From IMG/VR virus record IMGVR_UViG_3300045988_106984: 16,464 nt of DNA; one strand, given 5' to 3'. This DNA comes from a virus. This document shows positions 5,821-13,580 of the stretch, piece after piece (positions within the stretch are counted from its first letter, which is position 1; the number at the start of each line of letters is the position of its first letter). Below the pieces are notes generated by a model. That model had not been told where the DNA came from, did not search any database, and saw only the letters and a program-made list of their open reading frames with translations. A program made the translations under genes and the position numbers.

Positions 5821-5866
5821 AAAATAGCGTGAGGAGAAGAAAAATCTTCTTTACTCACGCTATTTT
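5821..5866. terminator. Bidirectional rho-independent terminator between the convergent replication operon and ATPase transcript
   Basis: A 13-bp outer stem (AAAATAGCGTGAG 5821-5833 / CTCACGCTATTTT 5854-5866) plus an inner GAAGA/TCTTC stem. T-rich on the + side and A-rich (U-rich for the minus transcript) on the other side. Confidence 0.8.
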
Positions 5867-5868
5867 TA

Positions 5869-5980
5869 TATCTGTAACTTTTGTACCATTTAAAGCGGTC
5901 AGCGAAACCGAAAAGTAAACAGGCAGTATTTTTTCAACCGTGCTACCCTGTTTATTCATTAATGGAAACAAAAGCAGATA
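5869..5980 (-). ncRNA. Structured RNA, candidate prohead/packaging RNA (pRNA-like three-way junction); strand uncertain
   Basis: An 18-bp interrupted closing helix (5869-5890 with 5961-5980, including a 3-nt bulge and a 1x2 internal loop) encloses hairpins 5896-5910 and 5914-5956. No ORF with an RBS is present. The element lies between the ATPase stop codon and the terminator, so the minus strand has both a promoter and a terminator for it. Confidence 0.45.
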
Positions 5981-5981
5981 C

Positions 5982-7016
5982 CTAATAACTTAAAGCTGAT
6001 AACACAGCTTCCTTGCAACGCATATCTTTAAATCGAAAACAACCATGCTCAAAGAAATAGCGCAAATTCGATAAAAAGAAATCATTATGTTTCAACATAA
6101 TATAATTTATATTATGGTCGTCAGTCGTGACTGAAATTCTAGTTAAAAAAGAACTATCTGCCTTGTCGTCACAGTAGATTAGACCACTTTCAGTATATTC
6201 GCGTAACGCAAAGTCACTTCCTTTATATCTTAAAGTACAAAGGTATTTTGACTTTCCAGCTGGTTTTTCAACAAAAGCCTTGTTATCATTCAGATACACG
6301 CATTCACTACTATAGGCAGTATAGCTATTTTTAGAAAAAGCTCTGTTAAATCCGCTATTTTTTTGCTCTATACTTGCACTTTCAATATACCCTTGTTCAA
6401 GTACAAAACCGTCCCCCCTTAAAAACTTTGTGTCGTCTTTGAGTCTGCCAGAAATACCCATTTCAACATAGTACGGATTTATAATGCTGACTGGATTGCT
6501 TAACATATAAACTGGGACATATCGAACTTGTTCACCTTGTCCTCTAGCTATTGAGGTGTGAATACTTATAAATTTCTTAGTTTCATTATCGCAATAGTGA
6601 TTTGTTTCGCTCTGAAATTCATCAAAAATCATACGCTGAATATCTGAAAATAAGTGGCTATATTTTTTAATTTGGTCTGCATTATTTAAGCTTAATGCGT
6701 AACCACAGCTTTTATCATTTAAAAACAATTCTTGAAACGTACCTTTTGCTCTGCGCTTTGATTGCATAGTATAAGTTGGAAAGAACAAACTACCTAAATC
6801 TTTGTAAAACTTATCGACAATATCATCTAGTTCATAATTATATCTATATAATAAACCAAACTTTTCACCTTTATCTAAAAAACGATTTATACATAGTCGC
6901 CCAAAATAAGTGGTTTTTCCACCTGTCCTGTTAGTAGTGCACATATATATTTCTGGTTTATTTCCATTTATATCAAGCATTGATAAAAGTTTAGTCCCAT
7001 CATAATATTTGGTCAT
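5982..7016 (-). CDS. DNA encapsidation (packaging) ATPase, phi29 gp16-like
   Basis: 344 aa (phi29 gp16 is about 332 aa). Walker A-like NRTGGKTT and Walker B MIFDEF. AAGGAAAAGGAG RBS. This is the only strongly supported minus-strand gene. Confidence 0.85.
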   Translation of the reverse strand: MTKYYDGTKLLSMLDINGNKPEIYMCTTNRTGGKTTYFGRLCINRFLDKGEKFGLLYRYNYELDDIVDKFYKDLGSLFFPTYTMQSKRRAKGTFQELFLNDKSCGYALSLNNADQIKKYSHLFSDIQRMIFDEFQSETNHYCDNETKKFISIHTSIARGQGEQVRYVPVYMLSNPVSIINPYYVEMGISGRLKDDTKFLRGDGFVLEQGYIESASIEQKNSGFNRAFSKNSYTAYSSECVYLNDNKAFVEKPAGKSKYLCTLRYKGSDFALREYTESGLIYCDDKADSSFLTRISVTTDDHNINYIMLKHNDFFLSNLRYFFEHGCFRFKDMRCKEAVLSALSY

Positions 7017-7042
7017 AATTTATCGCTCCTTTTCCTTATTAA

Positions 7043-7071
7043 ATTATAGCACACCTATTGACATTTTTCAA
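7043..7071 (-). promoter_or_regulatory. Promoter for the packaging ATPase transcript
   Basis: On the minus strand: TTGAAA, 17-nt spacer, TGcTATAAT (extended -10). Confidence 0.75.
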
Positions 7072-7086
7072 GATTTAGTTTATAAT
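7058..7086 (+). promoter_or_regulatory. Late-operon promoter
   Basis: TTGACA (7058-7063), 17-nt spacer, TATAAT (7081-7086), 35 nt upstream of the holin ATG. Confidence 0.8.
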
Positions 7087-7121
7087 AAAATTAAATTGAA
7101 TAAGAAAGGAAGTGAAAAAGT

Positions 7122-7466
7122 ATGCAGTTTTACCCTGTTATTATTGCACTGATTTTTAATGCTCTTGATTTAGTAACTGGTATTATTTCCGCAGTAAAAT
7201 CAAAAGACATTAAATCAGCAAAACTACGTGATGGGTTATTTAAAAAGGTTGGCTTTATACTTTGCTACCTTGTCGCATGGTTGGTTGATACACAAGGGAA
7301 ATATATTGGTTTTCATATAGATGTATCAATTCTTCCTATTATAATTCTTTACGTGTGCACAACTGAATTAGTTTCAATTCTGGAAAATATCAGTAAAATT
7401 AATTCAGACATTTTACCAGACAAATTAATGGAGTTATTTCACATTTCAGACATTAATAAGGAGTGA
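7122..7466 (+). CDS. Holin (phage_holin_4_1 / LL-H-TcdE-like family)
   Basis: 114 aa with about 3 hydrophobic segments. Characteristic LDLVTGIISAVKSKDIKSAKLRDGLFKKVG and ELVSILENISKIN motifs. It lies immediately upstream of the endolysin. Confidence 0.85.
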   Translation: MQFYPVIIALIFNALDLVTGIISAVKSKDIKSAKLRDGLFKKVGFILCYLVAWLVDTQGKYIGFHIDVSILPIIILYVCTTELVSILENISKINSDILPDKLMELFHISDINKE

Positions 7467-7472
7467 TTAAAA

Positions 7473-8117
7473 ATGAAAGTGTATCTTTCACCGTCAGACC
7501 AGTGGTCAAATATAGTAGCTGGTGGTAAACATTCGGAAGCTTTTCACTGTATCAAGATTGCTGATTATGCTAGAGCATATTTAGAATTGAATGGATATGA
7601 AGTTAAGGTAGGCTCATCAGTAGCAGAAAATACCTATAAAGACAGAGTAAAAGAAAGTAATGAGTGGGGGGCAGATTTACATATTCCTATTCACACAAAC
7701 GCTGGTGGAGGTTATGGCACTCTGGTGTTGTGTTATCCTACAAGAATAAACAACAGACATGTTATAAACATTTACAAAGAAGTTGCAAAACTTACACCCA
7801 CAAAAGATAAAGGAATTCAGACGACAAACAATCTATACGAAATTAATGCTACAAAATGTGTAACTATTTATCTTGAATGTGAATTTCACGACAATGAAGA
7901 TACTGAAAAATGGATTGATAGCCACGAAAAAGAGTTAGGCAGGGCAATTGCAAAAGGGGTATGTGATGCAGACGGAAAAGCTTATTTTGCGGAATTAACG
8001 AACCGTAAGAAAATTTATAAGGTGCAAGTTGGTGCATTTCATAACAGAAAAAACGCTGAAAAGCTGAAAAAAGAATTGACTGATAAAGGGTACAGCTGTT
8101 ATATTGTAGAGGAATAA
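7473..8117 (+). CDS. Endolysin: N-acetylmuramoyl-L-alanine amidase (Amidase_3) with C-terminal SPOR domain
   Basis: Amidase_3 signatures (DLHIPIHTNAGGG, ECEFHDN). The C-terminal KIYKVQVGAFHNRKNAEKLKKELTDKGYSCYIVE matches the SPOR consensus. Confidence 0.85.
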   Translation: MKVYLSPSDQWSNIVAGGKHSEAFHCIKIADYARAYLELNGYEVKVGSSVAENTYKDRVKESNEWGADLHIPIHTNAGGGYGTLVLCYPTRINNRHVINIYKEVAKLTPTKDKGIQTTNNLYEINATKCVTIYLECEFHDNEDTEKWIDSHEKELGRAIAKGVCDADGKAYFAELTNRKKIYKVQVGAFHNRKNAEKLKKELTDKGYSCYIVEE

Positions 8118-8118
8118 T

Positions 8119-9177
8119 ATGCCAGATATTAACAAGGCTTATTCATGGGCTATTGAAACATGTAACGCTCCAAACGTAGGATATAGTAACGCATATCGGA
8201 ATCAACAAACAGTTGGTGGCATAACCTATTATGACTGTAGTTCATTTATAAATTATGCGTTACTAGCTGGTGGTTTTGAAACCCCTAATTATGCCCCTGA
8301 TCACAACTCATTTACAACTTATGATGAAGCAGAAGTGTTATTATCACTAGGCTTTACAGAAGTATCTGCAACCGGAGAGTATTTAGCTGGTGATATAGGT
8401 CTAAACCCAACACACACAGAAATGTGTTACCAAGGAGGGCAAGGCTCTGGTATTTTCATGGGAGCACATACAGATAAAAGACCACTAGCAGATCAAGTAA
8501 ACATAAGCCCTTATACATCATCATTTCAGAGGTTGTTTAGGTATGGTGACGGTGGTGTAACAGGATACGGCGCAAGCATTTATGTAGTATCCGCTATGTG
8601 CGGTAATTTTTGGCAAGAGTCAAATATTAACCCCGGAGTTTGGGAAAAAGAGCCACACGATTGGACAGCTTTAAACGTAGGGTACGGTCTAGGTCAATGG
8701 ACTAACACAGACGGAGATACACACGGTAGACTTTATCAGTTGCATGAATGGTTACAATCAAATGGTTATGCTGATGATGATGGAAACGGACAGTGCGCTT
8801 ATATCGTACATGAAAATGTGTGGATGCCTAAAACTGGGTATCAAGAGTACGCTACACTGGAAGATTTTTTAAAGTCAACTAGCACTGACATTGAAAGTCT
8901 GACGCATTATTGGAATATGTGCTGGGAGGGAATACACGATTCGTCATGGGACTATCGAGTAGAACGCGCAAATGCTTGTTATAATTTCATTTCAAGTAAT
9001 GCAAACAACGCCGATATTACTAACTGGATAACAAAAGACGGATATTTAACAGAAGCAGAAATTTTGAACAATGCAGTAATGTTATACCGTTATTTTAGTG
9101 CTGGTGGCGGTGGTGGTGGGTTACCATCAAAAAGAAAAACAAAATTGCCACTTTATATGATGATACGTTATTTTTAA
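8119..9177 (+). CDS. Tail-associated peptidoglycan hydrolase (NlpC/P60-CHAP-like peptidase + phage tail lysozyme-like domain), functional analogue of phi29 gp13
   Basis: The N-terminus has YYDCSSFINYAL ... THTEM (Cys/His peptidase). The C-terminus has CGNFWQESNINPG ... GYGLGQWT (tail lysozyme-type motif). A Gly6 linker is followed by a basic tail. Confidence 0.7.
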   Translation: MPDINKAYSWAIETCNAPNVGYSNAYRNQQTVGGITYYDCSSFINYALLAGGFETPNYAPDHNSFTTYDEAEVLLSLGFTEVSATGEYLAGDIGLNPTHTEMCYQGGQGSGIFMGAHTDKRPLADQVNISPYTSSFQRLFRYGDGGVTGYGASIYVVSAMCGNFWQESNINPGVWEKEPHDWTALNVGYGLGQWTNTDGDTHGRLYQLHEWLQSNGYADDDGNGQCAYIVHENVWMPKTGYQEYATLEDFLKSTSTDIESLTHYWNMCWEGIHDSSWDYRVERANACYNFISSNANNADITNWITKDGYLTEAEILNNAVMLYRYFSAGGGGGGLPSKRKTKLPLYMMIRYF

Positions 9178-9178
9178 A

Positions 9179-9194
9179 TGTTTCACATGAAACA
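9179..9194. promoter_or_regulatory. Palindromic motif copy 4 (TGTTTCACATGAAACA)
   Basis: Starts 2 nt after the lysin stop codon. 9177-9195 is 19/19 identical to 177-195. Confidence 0.5.
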
Positions 9195-9220
9195 ATTTAT
9201 AAGAAAAAGGAGTTGATAAA

Positions 9221-9370
9221 ATGTTATTTACAAAAGGAAAGTACAAACACGAAACAGGTTTTGAAATTATGGTAACAGAAAACGGAGATATTCTTATTTC
9301 ACCAGACCACCCACTTTCTTTAAGATTATCTGAGATTTTCGATAAAAACAAGTGGACAAAAGTTGAGTAG
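9221..9370 (+). CDS. Small hypothetical protein (49 aa)
   Basis: ATG 9221 has an AAAAAGGAG RBS. Product: MLFTKGKYKHETGFEIMVTENGDILISPDHPLSLRLSEIFDKNKWTKVE. It fills the gap before the scaffold gene and is below the track's cutoff. Confidence 0.55.
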   Translation: MLFTKGKYKHETGFEIMVTENGDILISPDHPLSLRLSEIFDKNKWTKVE

Positions 9371-9381
9371 GAGGTTATAAT

Positions 9382-9681
9382 ATGGCTGTAAGAAATAAAG
9401 AGGAAATTTTAGAAGCAATTAGAACAAGAGTAGGAGAGCAGACAGATGATGAAACAATTTCATTTCTTGAAGATGTTAGTGACACGTTCACCGACTTAGA
9501 AACAAGGGCAAATGGTGACGGTGAGGACTGGAAAACAAAATATGAAGAAAACGATAAATCGTGGCGAGAGCGTTATACGAACCGTTTTTTCAGTAAAGAA
9601 CCAGAGCCAGACCCTAAACCAGAGCCAGAACCAGAGCCAGAAGTGAAAAAAACATTTTCAGATTTATTTAAGGAGGGTTAA
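9382..9681 (+). CDS. Scaffolding protein, phi29 gp7-like
   Basis: 99 aa (gp7 is 98 aa), acidic and predicted helical, directly upstream of the major capsid gene. Contains an (E/D/K-P)n linker. Confidence 0.7.
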   Translation: MAVRNKEEILEAIRTRVGEQTDDETISFLEDVSDTFTDLETRANGDGEDWKTKYEENDKSWRERYTNRFFSKEPEPDPKPEPEPEPEVKKTFSDLFKEG

Positions 9682-9683
9682 AT

Positions 9684-11093
9684 ATGCCTAGACGGGTTGC
9701 TGTTAGCACATTAAACGCGACAACAATGGACATTCTTAACGTAATCAGACAGAATGCTAGTTATGATTATCAGCAGAGTGTGCCAGAAGTTACAAAGACA
9801 ACAGATATTCCAAAAGTAGGTGAAGTTATTTATGGCACACCAGCTTTTGCGAATCAGTTCATTAACGCACTTGTAAATCGTATTGCAATTGTACGAATGC
9901 AGAGTGCAACATTCAACAATCCATATGCAATTTTGAAAAAAGGGTATCTTGAATTCGGTGAAAGTGTGGAAGATATTTTCGTTTCAATTGCCAAAGCTGT
10001 TGATTTTGATGTTGAAAAAGCGCCAAAAAGAGAATTTCAGAGAACAGTGCCAGGTGTGAGAAGCGTATTCCATACAATGAACTGGCGCGTTGTCTACCCT
10101 GTTACCATACAGGATGAAGATTTAAGACAAGCTTTTCTTTCAATTGATGGTGTGCAGAACCTTATTGCAAAAATCGTTGATTCTGTTTACACTGCCGCTG
10201 AATATGACGAATTTTTGCTGTTTAAGTATCTGTTAATTAAAGCTATTAGTCACGGAAAAATGTTTCCTATTTCTACTGGACAGGCGAACGATTTAACAGA
10301 TGCGGCTGCGAAATTTAGAGGTACATCAAATCTTTTACCGTTTATGTCATCAAACTATAATGAGTCTGGCGTTAAAACAAACACGCCAAAAGACCGACAG
10401 GTTATTTTCATGGATGCAACTTTCAATGCAGAATTTGATGTATCTGTCCTTGCTTCTGCATTCAACATGGAAAAGGCTGATTTCATGGGACGGCTGTTTC
10501 TTATTGACAGTTGGTCTGAGTTTGACAACGAACGCTTTGACGTTATCAGAGAAAATTCTGACGGTATTGAAGAAGTTACCACAGCTGAATTAAATCTGAT
10601 GAAAGACGTAAAAGCGGTATTGCTTGACGAAAATTGGTTCCAGGTTTATGACAACAATAACAAGTTTACTGAAAAGTACGTTGCAAGCGGTCTGTATTGG
10701 AACTATTTCTACCACACATGGAAAACTGTTTCTTACTCGCCATTTGCGAACGCTGTTGTATTCGTTCAGAGCACAGCAACAATTACGTTGCCAGATACAC
10801 TAATAGTCGAAATTATCAGCAAAGACCACAGTGAAGAAGCTACCGTGTTTGCGTTAAGTGCTGATACAGACGGAGCTAGCCTTGAGCCGAATAGTGTTCA
10901 TTTTGTACAGGATGAAAGCTCCACTACAAACGGAATTGCTATTCAGAAATACGGCGCTGTTATTATTCCAGCTTCAAAAGCGGCTACCGAAATAACTTTA
11001 GTGGCAGAGGTTAATGGTCAGACTTATAAGGGAGCTACAGCAATTTCAAGTGCTAACAATGTTGGGGACACTGTCACAATGAACAAAGCGTAA
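9684..11093 (+). CDS. Major capsid protein, phi29 gp8-like, with C-terminal Ig-like domain
   Basis: Blocks such as VLASAFNMEKADFMG, DENWFQVYDN and GLYWNYFYHTWKTVSYSPFANAVVFV match my recollection of gp8 ([51 protein letters not shown]). Confidence 0.9.
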   Translation: MPRRVAVSTLNATTMDILNVIRQNASYDYQQSVPEVTKTTDIPKVGEVIYGTPAFANQFINALVNRIAIVRMQSATFNNPYAILKKGYLEFGESVEDIFVSIAKAVDFDVEKAPKREFQRTVPGVRSVFHTMNWRVVYPVTIQDEDLRQAFLSIDGVQNLIAKIVDSVYTAAEYDEFLLFKYLLIKAISHGKMFPISTGQANDLTDAAAKFRGTSNLLPFMSSNYNESGVKTNTPKDRQVIFMDATFNAEFDVSVLASAFNMEKADFMGRLFLIDSWSEFDNERFDVIRENSDGIEEVTTAELNLMKDVKAVLLDENWFQVYDNNNKFTEKYVASGLYWNYFYHTWKTVSYSPFANAVVFVQSTATITLPDTLIVEIISKDHSEEATVFALSADTDGASLEPNSVHFVQDESSTTNGIAIQKYGAVIIPASKAATEITLVAEVNGQTYKGATAISSANNVGDTVTMNKA

Positions 11094-11102
11094 ATAGTCA
11101 AT

Positions 11103-11136
11103 CTAGGGTGAGTTAATAACTCGCCCTAGAGTTTTG
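11103..11136 (+). terminator. Rho-independent terminator/attenuator after the capsid gene
   Basis: 10-bp stem CTAGGGTGAG / CTCGCCCTAG (one G-U pair) with a 7-nt loop, followed by AGTTTT. Confidence 0.6.
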
Positions 11137-11150
11137 AAAGAGGTTAATAT

Positions 11151-12686
11151 ATGTATATCGAGCCTAATAGTAATATTCGTATTTTAAAAGACGTTCCTTT
11201 AGATAAAACATTTGACCATACCATATATTTTGGAAACGCCAGCGCACAGGCGACTTATTTCATGGGATTACAGAAATATAACTTGAATAATTACACCTAC
11301 CAGAGAGTTAAGCGTGGTTATGCAAGGGTTGGAATAAAAGCTGATAATTTGTATGACTGTAATTATATGATGTTTCAAAACACCTCATATGGTAATAAAT
11401 GGTTTTACGCGTTTATCACTTCTGTTGAGTATTTAAACAACGAATGTTCACAGATTGAATTTGAAATTGATGTAATGCAGACATGGTTTTTTGATTACAG
11501 TTTAGACCAATGCTTTGTTGAAAGAGAGCACACAGTAACAGATAATATTGGTATTCACATTGAACCAGAAAACGTGAATTTAGGTGAATATGTGTTTAAT
11601 GATTACAAAGACTTATCGGTTGCACTTAACAAGCTTGCAGTCTATGTAGCTGTGGTTGATACTGACACTCAACCAAGCGGAACTGTGTATGATGGTGTAT
11701 ATGGGGGTTGCACATTACACGCGTACCCACTAGATAAACCAGAATCAATAAACACTCTTTTAACGAAATACGCACAAAAACCGGATGCAGTTGTAGCTAT
11801 GTATATTGCACCAGCTATCGCCACTGGTACTGTTATACCAGATGAGGGAATGACAATTGTTTTTTCAAAAAATGCGTATTCGTTTAATAGTTCAAGTGGT
11901 GCGGTAAGTGATGAAATGAAAATAGATGGATATAAACCGAAAAATAAAAAACTATACACATATCCATATAATTTTTATTGTATTACAAATGCTGGCGCTT
12001 CTTCACTAAATTTAAGATATGAGTTTTTTGAAAACCTAACGCCAGCCTGGAATATAACAGTACCAATGACAATGCCTATACAATGTGTACTAAGACCGCG
12101 CAATTACAAGGGTGCTGAACTAAATTTAAACGAAACCTTAACACTGGCGAATTATCCTATGTGCTCGTGGAGTACAGATGCGTTTCGCGCATGGCTGGCG
12201 CAAAATGCTTTACCATTAGTGACAGAAACAGGGGTTAAAATGGTAAGCGGTTATTTAGGTGGTGGAGTTGTAGGTGCGACTGTAAACACTGCAAACACAG
12301 TTATGAAATCACTGTCGGAGGGGTATCAAGCTTCAATTCAAGCGGATGTTGTAAGGGGTAGTATTAACACTGGTAACAATAGTGTTGCTAGTGGACTACA
12401 ATCTTTTTACGGCGGTAGATGTTCCATAAGTGCCCAATATGCCAGAATGATTGATGATTATTTCACTGTTTATGGATATGCTGTGAAAAGACTGAAAATT
12501 CCAAACAGAGATAGTCGTCCACATTGGAATTATGTTAAAACTATAGGGTGTACAATAACAGGTAGCATTCCAAGTGATGATATGCAGTTAATTTGTAGCA
12601 TTTATGACAACGGTATTACATTTTGGAAAAATGGGTCTGAAATAGGTGATTATAGCTTAGATAATAGTCCACAAGGGGGTGAATAA
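11151..12686 (+). CDS. Tail knob (distal tube) protein, phi29 gp9-like
   Basis: YMMFQNTSYGNKWFYAFITSVEY...EFEIDVMQTWFFD matches gp9 YIMFQNADYGNKWFYAFVT...FEIDVLQTWMFD as I recall it. Gene order is the same as in phi29. Confidence 0.85.
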   Translation: MYIEPNSNIRILKDVPLDKTFDHTIYFGNASAQATYFMGLQKYNLNNYTYQRVKRGYARVGIKADNLYDCNYMMFQNTSYGNKWFYAFITSVEYLNNECSQIEFEIDVMQTWFFDYSLDQCFVEREHTVTDNIGIHIEPENVNLGEYVFNDYKDLSVALNKLAVYVAVVDTDTQPSGTVYDGVYGGCTLHAYPLDKPESINTLLTKYAQKPDAVVAMYIAPAIATGTVIPDEGMTIVFSKNAYSFNSSSGAVSDEMKIDGYKPKNKKLYTYPYNFYCITNAGASSLNLRYEFFENLTPAWNITVPMTMPIQCVLRPRNYKGAELNLNETLTLANYPMCSWSTDAFRAWLAQNALPLVTETGVKMVSGYLGGGVVGATVNTANTVMKSLSEGYQASIQADVVRGSINTGNNSVASGLQSFYGGRCSISAQYARMIDDYFTVYGYAVKRLKIPNRDSRPHWNYVKTIGCTITGSIPSDDMQLICSIYDNGITFWKNGSEIGDYSLDNSPQGGE

Positions 12687-13580
12687 ATGGGAAACAGAAA
12701 AAGAGAAAAAACACTATTCGGTGAAAGTGCTACTGTAAATAATCTAACATATATGCAGTATTTGAACAGATTAACAGAGTTGAGCGTATCTATGTTTGAA
12801 TGGAAAAATTTGCCACCTACAGTAGACGCAAGATACCTTGAATTACATTTGTTTGAGACTGGGTCTATGGTTTATTTTGATGATGACGTAATAGGCAATC
12901 TTTGTTTAGACTGTTTACCTAGTGGTAGATTAGATGTTTACGGAAATCCAGTGTTAAGGCGTGCTTATTCTGCATATAATAACTACCAGAAATTGTTGAA
13001 AGAAAGCAACAGTGTAATTATCTGGAATAACTATTTGCACACCAATTCAATTTTAGAGGTGAAAATGTTTGCAAGAAGATTGTATAACCTGGATAGAATT
13101 ATAGATGTAAACGCTAACGCACAGAAAACACCAGTGCTGATACAGGGTACAGAGCAACAGAGATTGACCTTAAAGAATTTATATAAAGAGTTTGATGGTA
13201 ATTCACCTTTCATTTTTGGTGATAAAAACCTTGACTTAAATTCTTTAAAGTGCTTACAGACTGGTGCACCTTATGTTTGCGATAAATTGTATAATTTGAA
13301 ACAAATGTATTGGAATGAAGCGTTGACCTATTTAGGCATTAATAACACTGGAGCACAAAAGCGTGAACGTATGTTAGCTATAGAAAGTTCACAGGCACAG
13401 GGTGGAACTATTTCAAGTAGGTATTCCAGATTGCAGAGCAGAAGAGAAGCTGTTGAAAAAATCAATGCTATGTTTGGCACTAATATTGAAGTCAATTATA
13501 GAGAAGATTTTATGAGTATCTATGATGGACAAGGTGCTGATACCACAGAGGGAGAAAGCGAGGGTGAGTTGAATGAGTAA
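12687..13580 (+). CDS. Head-tail connector / upper collar (portal), phi29 gp10-like
   Basis: [17 protein letters not shown] and [37 protein letters not shown] match gp10 LFEWENLPPTINPSFLE and [37 protein letters not shown]. Basic N-terminal NRKREK. Confidence 0.9.
   Translation: [297 protein letters not shown]

Noticed and set aside
5631-5858. Minus-strand ORF 5631-5858 (GTG start)
   Set aside because: It starts inside the terminator hairpin and runs antisense to the polymerase end and the small Cys-rich ORF. It has no RBS.
5891-5960. 34-codon minus-strand ORF (MNKQGSTVEKILPVYFSVSLTALNGTKVTDIKIA) in the ATPase-terminator gap
   Set aside because: It has no RBS and runs through the paired segments of the structured element into the terminator.
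9127-9351. Minus-strand ORF 9127-9351
   Set aside because: It is antisense to the RBS-supported 9221-9370 ORF and the lysin 3' end, and has no RBS.
9598-9642. Tandem hexanucleotide repeat (GAGCCA/GAACCA)
   Set aside because: It is in frame and encodes the EPEPDPKPEPEPEPE linker of the scaffold protein. It is not a CRISPR array or an independent repeat element.
10300-10593. ORFs 10300-10593 (+) and 10355-10582 (-) inside the capsid gene
   Set aside because: They are embedded in the major capsid gene, whose frame is supported by gp8-like blocks.
11669-11959. Minus-strand ORF 11669-11959
   Set aside because: It lies inside the gp9-like tail knob gene.
13031-13213. Minus-strand ORF 13031-13213
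   Set aside because: It lies inside the connector gene, in the region of the conserved NAQKTPVLI block.
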